From positions 61,513,871-61,564,426 of the forward strand of contig NC_068987.1 in the NCBI RefSeq assembly GCF_001194135.2: 50,556 bases of DNA, in the 5' to 3' direction. A program made the position numbers and the translations under genes. Each line of letters begins with the position of its first letter. The first letter of the stretch is position 1. The notes below the pieces were generated by a model. That model ran no database searches. It was not told the DNA's origin and saw only the letters and a list, made by a program, of their open reading frames with translations. This DNA is from Octopus bimaculoides (lineage: Eukaryota). Below, one piece after another: positions 26,388 through 39,710 of this stretch.

Positions 26388-29300
26388 AGTTAAGAAACAC
26401 CAGCAGCCACAGCTATGTCAGATTGTGACAACAATTGGCAAGTTCCCTAAAAAATACTGATGTTAATTAACATGTTATTGGCAAGAGAAGGAAGAGAGAG
26501 TTTGGTGTGTCAGTCTGGATACTGGGTAACATGTCACAACACTGGAAAAAAAAGGTTACAAACGTATGTGACTTTTTGGAGGATTGGTGCATGAGTATAA
26601 AAGGCAGGCAGTAAGCAGAGGTCAGGTGTTGTGAATGCAGGCAATGAAGAACTCCATTCCACAACACATCTAGCTATGCATGACTTCTTCTTCTTCTCTG
26701 GGCAAATTGACTTGCTGAGCTGGCCCATGGTTTCCCTGTTTCTAGCTGTTGGAGCCGTTTTGGTGTCAGAGGCCATGTTTTGCAACTATATTCTTTCCGA
26801 GTGTATTCTTTCTCTAGGTCTACAGAAGGATTATGAAGTCAGCGATGCAAACTAGTCAAATACTTGTTAATCATGCAGCAGTGAATTGTAATTCAATACA
26901 GCACACATCTATAAATAGGGAGACTCTATCATCTACATAAACATATCATCGTTGTTGTTTTAACATTCACATTTCTATGGATTGGATGTGATTATGTTGA
27001 GGCAGGATTTCTTCAGCCTTTTTGATGCCAAACCTCAAAAACGATTTCAAACACATGCCTGTCTACTTGTCATTTCCACCATCACCACTACTATCGTCGT
27101 CATCATCATCATCCGTTTTCCGAGTTGGCATAGATTGGCTGGTTTGACAGGATCTGGTGACCTGCAGGGTTGCATCAAGCTCCAATGTTAGCTTTGGCAT
27201 GGTTTCTATAGCTGAATGCCCTTCCAAACACATTAATAATAACATACTGAATTTTGAGACCAGTTGATGACAGCATAAGAGTTGTCACCCTTATTTGCAG
27301 GAAAGAGGAAGAAATTATGTTGCTGAAGAATATTTTTTTCTTCCTCACGGTACATTGTTGACTTGTTCATACTTCTTGCATTAAATATGTTAACATACCC
27401 AAGGTGAAGGACAGTATAGGTCAAACAAATTTATGCATCTTGCAACAGTTGGAAAGAAAATATAGAGTTTTTTTTTTTTTTAGTAGGTAAATAAAAATTT
27501 TGAGGCATATCAGTGGCACTTCAATTACTGACCTCACTGGGACCAAATTAAATTCTGTAATAACTTCATAATTAATGCACTGCTGTTCTCAAATATCTTC
27601 ACCAACCCTCCAGGGAGAAAATATTTGTGATGATTTATAAAATGCATATTAATATCTTTGGTAAGAGATTATGTGAAATGGAGAAAGAAATAGTAAAAAC
27701 AGTAGGGATAATGTGTTAGATCCTGCTTTTTCATAAATTATTTATTAGGATTTGAATGTTATAAAGATTGAGAATTATTACATGTATATATCGCCTTTAC
27801 AGTAAGACATCTGTTTCTGTCCCTTCGACACACTCTAACCTCTCATCACCTGACACAAGGCCACTTTTTCCAANNNNNNNNNNCTTCATCTTGTGCGATA
27901 CCTGGTAACCCCACTGGTGCTGATGCCATGTAAAAAGCACCAAGTCTACTCTGTAAAGTGGTTGGTGTTAGGAAGAGCATCCAGTTGTAAAAACCACGCC
28001 ATAACAGATCTCGCTGGTGCTGTTGCCACATAAAAAGCACCCAGACCACTCTGTAACATGGTTGGCATCAGGACAAGCATGCAGCTGTTTAAAAAGCTAT
28101 GCCAAAACAGACAGTGAAATCTGGTGCAGTCCTATCAAACTGTCCAACCTATGCCAGCATGGAAAACAGATGTTAAATGATGATGATGATAATGTTGGTA
28201 ATTATGATAAACCCTTTTGATACCAACTGGCCTAAGACTGTCCCTGGTTCTTGGATACAAACTTCATGCTTTTAAGTGATCTGCATCAAAATATCATGTT
28301 AAGTGAAGCTCGAAATACTAAATTCAACATTATTTTAAAAATTAATTGAAACAAAGGCAATATATTTCAACCAAAATATAGTAACAAAAGAGTTGAACTT
28401 CAAACTTCTGCATTCGAATCACAGTAATTAAAAACTGTCTTCGAGTAAGTAAACATGCCACAACGCGTAAGCAACATTAGGAGTACATAAAGTACTCATA
28501 CCCCAAGTACTTTATTTATTAATCTATTGATATGAAAGACTGAAGATATGTAGTTGCTTGGGTAGACTGAAGGTGTCCAGTTGCTTAGATACGTATCTCT
28601 CAGTTGTGTTTTATGTATGTTCATTTATCTTCTATCTTTTATGTGTTTCGGTCATTGGCTTGTGTCCATGCTGCGGTACCATCTTGAAGGGTTTAGTCCA
28701 ACATATCAAAACCAGTACTATTTTCTTTTCCTGGAACTTATTCTATCAGTCTCTTTTGCTGAACTGCTAAGTTACAGAGACATACACAAACACCAGTTGT
28801 GAAGTAGTGGTAGGAGATAAATCCACACACACACAAACATGTATATATATATATTAAGTAAAAAGAGGTAATCAGAATTTTGGATAACCCTTTACTAGCA
28901 CTGTCATCTCATTCATCAAGACTCCTCAGATATGGAGTTTTACAGAAAATTTCTGTGACTTTTGTACAAATCTGGAAAAGAACTTGTTTTTGTTTGTTAT
29001 CTGTACGTGTGTGTATATAGAAAAGAGAAAAGAAAGGAGACAAAGAAACTCATATCTGAGGAATCTCAATGAATAAGATGAAAGCACTAATAAAGAATTA
29101 TTCAAAATTTTGACTACCTATTTTTTCTTAATATATAAAATCAGTACATCACTTCAAACAAGACTGTTGGTCAACTCAAGGCTATAATAGAAGACACTTG
29201 CCCAAGGTACCATGCAATGGGATTGAACCCTAGACCATATGGTTGGAAAGCAAACTTCTTAACCACACAGCTATGCCTTCACCTATTTGTGGACACTTTC

Positions 29301-30590
29301 AACATACAGAGTTGTCATATAAGATAACCTTTCATTTGACCAGCTAAAATCATAGCCAAATCTCCCTCAAATCACTCCACATCATCATAAAAGAAAAGAA
29401 GGCATTGGATAATATGGCCCTAAACACACTATATTTACATAAGAAAAGACGAGAAGGTGACAGCAGTGTTTGATTGTAGGGCTTTCTTGAGGTTGACCAA
29501 TATTAACTCCTACTTGACTTCCCTTTCATTAGAAAACTACCACTTAACCATTTTAATACCAAACCACTCAAAACTGCCTTTAGTTTTAGACTTCCCATGT
29601 TAAGGTGATCTAAATTAAAACTTTCTATCAAAATTTCACGTTAAGTTCCAAACATCAGCTCATTAATTCTGAAGTTCTTTTTCTATATTTATCTTTTATC
29701 TTTGACATGTTTTAGTCATTAGACTATGGCCATGCTGGGGCACCAACTTGAATAATTTTTAGTCAAATGTATTGATGCCAATGCTTANNNNNNNNNNAAT
29801 TTTTAGTCAAATGTATTGATGCCAATGCTTATTTTTTTTAAAGTCTGGTACTTATTCTATCACTCTCTTTTGCCAAACTGTTAAGTTACGGGGATGTAAG
29901 TACACCAGCACCGGTTGTCAAGCAGTGGTGGTGTGTGGGATGGGACAGACACAAATACATACACACACACACACATGACAGGTTTCTTTCAGTTTCCATC
30001 TACCAAATCTACTCACAAGGCTTTGGTCAGCCTGAAGCTAGAAGACACCTACCCAAGGTGCCACACAATAGGACTGAACCCCGAACCATATGGTTGGGAA
30101 GCAAGTTTCCTACTACACAACTATGCTTGCATCTTCATAATTTTTTAAATTAATAGAAAAAGAAAAAAAAGATGATAAATAAAGAAGTGTATTTCAACAT
30201 TAAATATGGTAACAAAAAGGATAGAAGCACTCTTCTAATAGCAATGGTATATGAAACGGAAGGAAAAGTATTCCAGCTTATCTATGACTGGTTATCTATG
30301 ATTACAAATTTGTGTTAGTTGTTTTAAATAGTAACAGTAAAAGTGGTAGAAACATTAAGATCAGAAGACTTTAATTAGAACACAAATGTTTTGTCCTACT
30401 TTATGCTCAACACATCCACAGGACTTACTACAATCATTTACACCTGCTTGCTGCAGGTTGCAATGTAAACAGAACTGTCATGTGAGCACAGCTATAAATA
30501 CAGCTGTCATTGAGCCAAAAGTAGACCCTTACATGATTGTGTAAACTGCTAGAAACAACAGCCATATCTTCCTTGAATAACTCCTTAATG

Positions 30591-31106
30591 CAGGGGTTGG
30601 GGAACTTTTTTTAACCAATTACCCCAAAATGTATTTATTTACACTGACATTACCTCCCTGATTTGAAAGAAAGAAAATCATTGATTCTTTGAATTCAAAA
30701 GGTTTTTGAATCCATTTTATTGAATCTATTTATACATCCATTACATTAGACATATGCTGGGCGAAGTACTTAGCGGTATTTCATCTGCCGTTATGTTCTG
30801 AGTTCAAATTCTGCCAAGGTCGACTCTGCCTTTCATCCTTTTGGGGTCGATAAATTAAGGACCAGTTATGTACTGGGGTGATGTAATCGACTTAATCCCT
30901 TTGTCTTTCCTTGTTTGTCCCCTCTATGTTTAGCCCCTTGTGGGCAATAAAGAAATAAGATGCCGTGCTGCCAGAAGAAAAATTTCTGTCATAACAAGGA
31001 ACATGTTTTTTATTTAATTTTACTTATGTCTAATGAGTCCTAATTACTCCCAAGAATTTCATCTTCACCCCACTTGGGGTAATTTACCCTGGCTCACCAA
31101 TCCCTG
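30591..31106. mobile_element. hAT-type MITE with a nested family A SINE
   Basis: TIR caggggttgggga / tcaccaatccctg; degenerate 8-bp TSD ccttaatg / ccttcata. Confidence 0.6.
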
Positions 31107-31121
31107 CCTTCATACTTTAGG

Positions 31122-31722
31122 TTAGTGTTTCTTAACCCTTTTATACTTATGGACCCTTTAGATTCTATTTTACTCAGATGGATCCTCCAAGCCATTCAAT
31201 GTTTAAAGGAACTTATATATTTTTTTAATATTATTAGGAATTGTATAAAAAAAAAACTGTTAAGATATTTTGTGTAGTGTAGAAATAAAACCAATATTTT
31301 CTCTTTCACTTATTTTACTTGTTTCAGTCATTTAACTGTGGTCAGGCTGGAGCACCACACTGAAGGGTTTTAGTTTAGCAAATCAACCCCAGGACTTTTT
31401 TTTTTTAAGCCCAGTACTTATTCTATCCATCTTTTTCGCCAAACTGCTAAGTTATGGGGACATAAACACACTAACCATTGTTGACAAGCAGTGATGGGTG
31501 ACAAACACAGACACGATGGGTTTCTTTCAGTTTCCATCTACCAAATCCACTTGCAAAGCTTTGGTCGACCTGAGGCTATAAAAGAAGACACTTGCTCAAG
31601 GTGTCACACAGTGGGACTGAATCCAGAACCATGCAGTTGGGAAGCCTGCACCTACATAAGTTTTAACAGCAAAATCTTATATGGATCCCCAAGGGCCATA
31701 TGGACCCCAGTTGATAACTGCT
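31122..31722 (-). mobile_element. hAT/Charlie-type MITE (same family as 40975) with a nested family B SINE
   Basis: Ends are the inverse of the 40975-41236 ends; the SINE interrupts it at about 31310-31650. Confidence 0.75.
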
Positions 31723-34479
31723 GTTTTAAGTAATGAAAAGACACATTAGATAATATAGTTCAGATGGGGTGGTTATGGTTGGAATGAGGCTGATCTGCTG
31801 AAGAATCAAAAGCAGCCTGGGGTTAAGTAAAAGACCTGAATTGTAATTTATTTATTTATTGTTTGTTGTCCAATGTCCAATCAATTCTGTGGATTCACTG
31901 CGTTTATCTTTTACTTCTATCAGTCATTCAACTGTAGCCATGTTGGAGCACCTTAGTGGAACAAACTGACCTCAACTGTCAAGTGGTAGTGGTGGTGGTG
32001 GGGAGACAAACACAAAGAAACATACACATGCACTTCTTTCAGTCTCCATTTCTTAAATCCACTCACAAGGCTTTGGTTGGCCTGGGGTGATAATAGAAAA
32101 CACTCACCCAGTGTGCTACATACTGAGACTGTACTCAAAACAGTGTGGTTGGGAAGCAAACTTCTTACCACAAGGTCTTACTCATGCCTTTGTTAATAAT
32201 ATTAAAATTCAGTTTTTAAACTTTATTTACTGAAATATGATTTATTTAACAAGTTTCCTTTAATTTGTGCTTCAATGTTATTTCCACATATTTTTCTCAT
32301 ATTTCAGTCTCTGAAAACATCTCAGTGAAATTTTTAAAATAAGGAACAAAAAACACAAACCCTTGAAATGGAAATTCTCAATTAAGAGTTTGATCTTATC
32401 AGAATATTTATCAAGTCATCACGTTTTAAACAATTCCTCTTTACTATTGATTGTTATTTATAACATTTGTCTTGATTACTCATTATTCTGTTTTCCCTGT
32501 TTTCTCTAAGGACCCTTTTCTATCCTTGTTAGGGGTCAGATGAGAGTGTGGTGGGAAAGAGCCTTTCTATGATTGGATATCTTTCCTGTCACCAACCCCC
32601 ACTTGTTTGCAAGTTAAGTTATAATTTCCCAGTTTAGAAAACAACCCAAACACGAACTGGAGATAAACAGCACTGTCAGCGAAACCATTCTTTTACTCTT
32701 TTACTTGTTTCAGTCATTTGACTGTGGCCATGCTGGAGCACCACCTTAAAGAGGTTTTTTTAGCCAAAGAAACTGACCCCAGTACTTATTCTTTGTAAGC
32801 CTAGTACTTATTCTATTAGATTCTTTTGCCAAACTGCTAAGTTACAGGGACATAAACACACCAGCATCAGTTGTCAAGCGATGGTGGAAGTGGAGGGGGG
32901 ACAAACATACGCATACAAATATATACATACATACACACACACATATACGACAAGCTGCTTTCAATTTCCATCTATCAAATCCACTCACAAGGCTTTGGTC
33001 AGCCTGAGGCTATAGTGGAAGACACTTGCCCAAGGTGCCACACATGTTTTTGGGAAACAAGCTTCATACCACACACCCACAAAACACCACTAGACAAGGA
33101 AAGTACAAACACACACACACAACAGGTTTCTTTTAGTTTCCCTCAACTGTATCCACTCGCAAGGCTTTGATTAGCTGGGAGCTATAATAGAAGGTGCAAC
33201 GCAGTGGGATTGAACCCAAAACCACATGGTTGGAAAATGAACTTCTTAGCCAAACAACCATTGCATGTTAATTCTTAATTAGCTAACATGACCCTGTCTA
33301 AAGATAAATATATTCATTTGAACATACAATACCTGTTGTGAAAATTATACAAGTAAAATAGAATGTTCGATTTGTTTTCATAGTTCTATGCTTGACAGGA
33401 TATGGTGATAACCTTATTTCTTGAGCTGCCTGAGCAAAGAAATGAAAATTCACTGACAAAGTTGTTACAAAACTACAGGAGAAGCAAAGACAACAAACGC
33501 CACTGATTTTTGTATTTTGAAAGACAACATATACCTTTAGTCTTTGTAATTTGGAACTTTTTAAGTTGATAACATGATAACATGCAAAGTAAATGGTTAT
33601 GAAATCTCTGTAAGAGATGAAAGTAGTAACTGTACTGGCAAGTAATGTTAGTAGCCACTTCAACATGGCTATTAAGTATGAATGGACATTACTGCAATTT
33701 TTTAACTCCAAGAGAACATTTCCTCTAGCTGGTTAACGATGCAATCTGCATCCGATATATTGCAAGTAGGGGAGTCAACCCCTGCCACATTCTAGCAAAT
33801 TGACAGCTAAATCTCCTCTAAATCACACCCAGTTAGCTATGTTAGCATCTGATGGAAACTATGATAGGACTAAACAACAATAGCTCTTCAAATTAAGGTT
33901 TGAACATGAAAAATAAATTCATTAGCAAACCCATTTGTGAAAATATTTCTCTCAAAACACACTGTCTTTCTTTCAATTTATTTCGAAAAATAGTTTGTTT
34001 ATTCTATTACTTGTTACAGTCATTTGACAATGGCCATGCTATGACATCACCTTGAAGGGTTTTAGTCAAAGGAATCAACCCCAGGACTAAATTTTTTTTT
34101 CTAAGCTTCATACTTATTCTATCAGTCTCTTTTGCCGAACCACTAAGTTATTGGGACATAAACATACCAACACTGGTAGTTAAGTGATGGTTGGAGGACA
34201 AACATAGATACAAAGGCAGACACATAAATATATACATACATATATATATATATGTGTGCGTGTGTGTGTGATGGGCTTCTTTCAGTTTCTGTCTACCAAA
34301 TCCACTCGCAATGCTTTGGTCATCTCAAGGCTATAGTAGAAGACACTTGTCCAAGGTGTCACGCAGTGGGACTGAATCCAAAACCATATGATTGGGAAGC
34401 AAGATTCTTACCACACAGGCATACTTGTCATTATTACTGGTGTTTGGAACATGAATTAAGATGAAAGGTTTTAATCTAA

Positions 34480-34697
34480 CCCTTTAACATTCAAACCCAT
34501 CATATCCGGCCAAAATATTTTAAGTTATATGTTGAAACTGGCCAGATCTGGCCTCTCAACTCATCCCTGCAATGTCATTGTAAAACTAAGCAGTCACGTC
34601 ATCAACATCTCTAAGCTACAAGATAATGCATGATTAATCTAAAACAATATGGATAAACAAACATAACATTTGGCAGGATAATCTGAATACTAAAGGG
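34480..34697 (+). mobile_element. piggyBac-type MITE
   Basis: (T)TAA|CCCTTT...AAAGGG|TTAA termini; related copies at about 21215-21427, 36269-36489 and 39437-39613. Confidence 0.8.
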
Positions 34698-35309
34698 TTA
34701 AATCACTTCAAAAGAATGAAAAAAAAAACAAAATAAAATTTGTTTTTAATCAAGTCTTTGAAGCCAAACATTTCCACCATGTCTTGGAAGCAAGTCATAG
34801 AAACTGCAGCTGTTGAGTATTGATTCTTATTAACACTTTTTCCTCTATCCACATACAGGGTAATTTTTCAGGAAAAATTTAGCTGCTATTTCTAGCAGAT
34901 AAAGAGAATGCAAGGAAAGGCTTTTGCTTTTGTTTGTACATGATGTGGATTTCATGTTGCCGTATTTTTCTATGTACTGCTGCTGCTGCTGCCGCCGCCA
35001 CCGCCTCCACCACCACCACTATTATCATCAATTTAACGTCCATGTTTCCAAGCTTACATGTGTTGACTGGGTGTGTCTGCAATATATCACATTGTTATGC
35101 AATTTGATCTTTTTCCTTCCCACCATAGAGAACAAACACCCAGGTTTCATCAAACAACATTATTTCTTTACCATTAATATGTCTAATAACTTTCCTGACT
35201 GAGAATGTAATATACTTGGCCACTACCTTACTAAAATTAGTAGCCAAGCCACCCAGAAATCACAACCAACGGTCATAATAAAAAAAGGGGGCGGATACAT
35301 TGGTTAATA

Positions 35310-35643
35310 TCATCATCATCGTTTAACGTCCGCTTTCCATGCTAGCATGGGTTGGACGATTTGACTGAGGACTGGTGAAACCAGATGGCTACACCAGGCT
35401 CCAATCTGATTTGGCAGAGTTTCTACAGCTGGATGCCCTTCCTAACGCCAACCACTCAGAGAGTGTAGTGGATGCTTTTACATGTCTCCCGCACGAAGGC
35501 CAGTCAGGCGGTACTGGCAACAGCCATGCTCAAAATGGTGTATTTTATGTGCCACCCGCACAAGAGCCAATCCAGGGGCACTGGCAAAGATCTCTACGAA
35601 GGCCAGTCAGGCGGTACTGGCAATGGCCATGCTCTTATGACCC
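35310..35643 (-). mobile_element. Repeat family C, young copy running into a gap
   Basis: Near-exact inverse of 18627-19106. Other copies at about 7440-7630, 14940-15410, 17550-17830, 25868-26085, 26945-27235, 27890-28190 and 38610-38910. Confidence 0.88.
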
Positions 35644-36268
35644 NNNNNNNNNNNNNNNNNNNNNNNNNNNNNNNNNNNNNNNNNNNACATAAAAAGAAAA
35701 AAAAATGAGATGGACAATGTTAGAATGCCTTCAATCAGTCCTACTTAACTAGGGTTGACCTGTGGCTAAACAACTTCTGCCTTACATAATTAGTTTTATG
35801 CCTAGTTGCAAAGAAATACATTTAAAAATTTACTTTTTTTTCTTTTTAATGGGGAAAACAAATTCCTGACTCAGACACTATTTTACAAGTACAAAAGTGG
35901 GGAAATGATATCACGTGATGTGTATGCTTTTCTGAAAGCATTCGAAAGCATTAGCAATAAAACGGGTTTATCAAGGAAATTATAAAATGAAAATGAATTA
36001 CTAACATGAAAAAAAAACAAAAAAAACAATGTTTTTACATTGAAATATTTCAATAATCAAAACATGTCTGAAAAGTATTCAGGTAATTCAAAACGCAACT
36101 AATTTAAAATAAACTGAATCACTACTACTTCTGCAAAGAAGAGACTGCCACTTTGTAGGTACTCATCCTGGAAGAAATAGCAGCCATATCACCCTTGAAT
36201 CATACTCAACTGTCTTTAAAATAGATTCAAGACACACGGGATAATGTAGTCATAGATACATAGTTTAA

Positions 36269-36489
36269 CTCTTTGGCATTATTTAACTTGGCCATATCTA
36301 GCCTATATTTTATTAGCCTTATGTTCAAATCAACCAGATCCGCCTTCTCACATCTACCCTACAGTATCAGTCTAAAAATAAACAATCACATCATTGAAAT
36401 CTCAAAGCTGTGAGATAATACATGATTAATTCAAAACAATGTGAATAAACAAGCATTATATTTAACAGGGAAGTCTAAATGCTAAACAG
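36269..36489 (+). mobile_element. piggyBac-type MITE, diverged copy
   Basis: TTAA flanks; homologous to 34480-34697. Confidence 0.7.
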
Positions 36490-37009
36490 TTAAATAAAAG
36501 ATAAGGTGATGGTGGCTGGAATATCTTTCATCATAAGTTTGCTCAATCATTGTTGTAACACGGCTCAATAATATCAACTGATCTTTTATCTTTTGTTTGT
36601 TTCAGTCATTGGACTGTGGCTATGCTGGAGCATTGACCTGAAATGTTTTAGTCAAACAAATTGACCTCAGTACTTATTTAGTACTAGCACTTATTCTATC
36701 AGTCTTTTAAAACCAAACTCCTAAGTTACAGAGAAGTAAACAAACCAACACCAGTAGTCAAGCAGTGGTGGGGGGCAAACACAAAAACATACACAAATGT
36801 ATATATTTTTATATATTTATACACACACACACACACAGCAGGCTTCTTTCAGTTTCCATCTGCCACATCCACTCAGAAGGCTTTGGTTAGTCTGGGGCTA
36901 TAATAGAAGACACTTGTCCAAAGTATCATGCAGTGGGACTGAACCTAGAACTATGTGGTTGGCAAGCAAACTCCTTATGATACAACCATGCCTGCACCTA
37001 TTGATACTG

Positions 37010-37925
37010 GTTTCAAATTTTGGCACAAGGTCAGAAAGTTTTGGAGAAGGGGTATGTTGACTACATCGACTTCAGTACCCAGCTGGTACTTTTTTATCAA
37101 TCCCGAAAGGATGAAAGGCAAAGACAACCTTGGTGGAATTTGAACTCAGAACATAAGGACAGACGTTGCTTGGCATGCTAATGATTCTACAAGATCACTG
37201 CCTTTGCACCTTTTGAAATGGTGTCATGGTAATGAACTGAGTCCAGTCTAATTTTGATCAAAATAGTTTCATTTCACTTCGTCTGCTAAAACTCTTGGGA
37301 AAGGTCTGAACATCACAACTTCTTAGAAGACAGTACAGGAGTTAAGTAAATATTAAAACTTTTATGCCTTGTTGGAGAGAAACTAATGCAAATAATATGC
37401 ACTGAAAAGCAGTAATTCCTGAAAGTATACTGAAGTTAAGAATTAATTTAACTCTAATTGGGTTTACATGTGTCACTGCTTTCAAAATAAGAAAGAAAAA
37501 AACAGAGAAACATTATTGGCTTTCTAAATAAAACGGAAAGGGAATAGTTCCAAAAACAGAAATGTAACACAAATGAAAATAGGTTAATTTGATAGAAAGT
37601 AAAATGTAATTAAAACCTAAAAATAACAACAACAATAAGAACAGTCCAACTCATGCTAGCACAGAAAATGGATGCTAAATGATGATGATGATGATGATGA
37701 GGAAAGGTTTCAAATTTTAGCACAAGGCCAGGAATTTTGGAGGGACTGGGTTAGTCGATTACAGCACCTCAAATGCTCAACTGGACTTATTTTAATGATC
37801 CAGAAAGGATAAAAGGCAATGTTGACCTTGGCAGAATTGGAAATCAGAACAAAAAAGTTGGTAGAAATGATGTTAAGCATTTTTGTCCAACACAGTAATG
37901 ATTCTGCCAGCTCACTGCCTTAATA
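37010..37925 (-). mobile_element. Two family A SINEs (about 37010-37200 and 37705-37925)
   Basis: Reverse complement of the family A consensus. Confidence 0.7.
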
Positions 37926-39436
37926 ATAAGAATAATAATTTTATTACCACCAGATCAAATGGTCTGTAGGAGAGGATAATCAGCTAAATCAACCCTAGTA
38001 TTTGACTGGTACTAATTTAAATCATCTCTGACCAGATTTGAAATCAGAACATAAAATGGCATAACTAATTACCAGTAAGCGTTTTGTTTGACATTCTGTT
38101 GATTCAATCAATCCACCAGCAGTAACTATCATTATTATTAATTAGAAAAAGATACTAAGCTATAAAAATACCCATTTCCAAAAAGAAAAAAAAAAGAAAA
38201 AAAGCAATAGTATCTATTTTTAAATGTGAAAATTAATATACTGCAATTAAGTGTGTATAATGAATTAAAAAATCAACAACAAATGAAGAAACTGAATATA
38301 TTGTGTTGGTAATGCCAACCAAAAAAAAAAAAACCCATTTCTTTTCAAGTATCATTATTTGATGAATGTGTCATGGTTATGATAATTACATAAGAACTGC
38401 AACAGTAAGTAATTAAGTTCCAAACTTCAGATGCCCATGATAAATGATTCATTTAGTTCACCAAAGTTGTTGAAATGGAACGTCTTAAAAGTGCTTGTGA
38501 CATCTAACTAGTAATTACCTTAAATAACCCTGATTAATGCAAACAAAGTCACAATAACATTAGCATAACAATATCACAGACAATGTTGATAGTGTGCAGA
38601 AGCTGACCAGCATCATTATCATCAACATTTGAAGTTCATTTTCCATACTGGTATGGACTAGGTAGTTTGACAAGAACCAGTGAACTGCAGAGCTGTGTCA
38701 GGCCCCAATGTCAGCTTTGCCATGGTTTCTATGGCTGGATGCACTTCCTAATGCCAACCACTTTACAGTGTGTACTGGGTGCTTGGTATGTTTACATATT
38801 CATATTAGAGTATTCAGAAAGTAATTATGTATTACAGAAAGTAATTGTGTATGTTTCTGTTGAGTGGTTGGTGTTAGGAAAAGCATCCAGCTGTAAAAAG
38901 CCTGCCATAACAGTCACAACAGTCTGGTGATTCTTGCTATGCATCTGTTAGAACACAACTGGTATTATCCATGATGAAGAAATTAATCAAAGAAAGATCA
39001 TTAATGCAGATGTTATTGCCAGCAACTTGGTTGTGTAAGTGAAGCAATACATCAAAAGTAGCCAGCTTTGTTATACAGGGACAGTGTTAATCTCCATCGC
39101 TAAATATGATGATGGAGCACCCTATCAACCATAATATGTAACCTATACGCCTAACCATCCTCTTCCTTTTTCTATGCATTAATGATCCACTTATCCCCTC
39201 CAGAAAATACAATGCTTTATTCATTCCTATTCTATCACATCCAAATGTCATCCACATGCAACCTAGACACATCACACAAAATTTGCAATCACTCCATGAT
39301 CAGTAACCTTGAAAACATCTGTCAATAAAGTCATCACCACCAAAAAAACAAACCAAATAATCGTCTCCTTCAGTTAGAGAAAGAGCACAATCACTGCAGA
39401 TATCAAGTAAACATTATTGTACAGCATCATCTTTAA

Positions 39437-39613
39437 CCCTTTAGCATTTAAGCTGACCCTATCCAGTCCTGTTTTATGTTAAAACTGACCAACCTCTCAC
39501 ATCTACCCTTCAATGTCATTCTAAAAATAAACAATCACATTATCAAAATCTCAAAGCTATGAGACTATGTAGATAAGTATTATCTTTTACAGAGTAATTT
39601 GAATGCTGAAGGA
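39437..39613 (+). mobile_element. piggyBac-type MITE, internally deleted copy
   Basis: TTAA|CCCTTTAGC start; TTAA end. Confidence 0.7.
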
Positions 39614-39710
39614 TTAAACATGAGCAGTGTGCAACTAGGTCAACTTCAAGATCAACTTCACTTCAAATGCTAGGCTTCACTATTACTATGGATCTCACCT
39701 GGCAAACACA

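Larger units (their letters stand above)
28640..37000 (-). mobile_element. Series of minus-strand family B SINEs in intron 1 (about 28640-28850, 29165-29285, 29705-30130, 31310-31650, 32690-33260, 34005-34428, 36595-37000)
   Basis: Each begins ttgtttcagtcattt or carries the atccactcacaaggctttgg core; interspersed with unique DNA. Confidence 0.8.

Noticed and set aside
26534-26830. VDLEKEY resembling the RT motif DLEKAYD
   Set aside because: The surrounding residues do not match reverse transcriptase.
27233-27449. Protein-like ORF ending at a GTATGT donor
   Set aside because: The good upstream acceptor leads to stops, the phase does not fit exon 2, and there is no R3HDM4 similarity.
29754-29831. 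34-bp direct repeat
   Set aside because: It flanks a 10-N gap, typical of an unmerged contig overlap.
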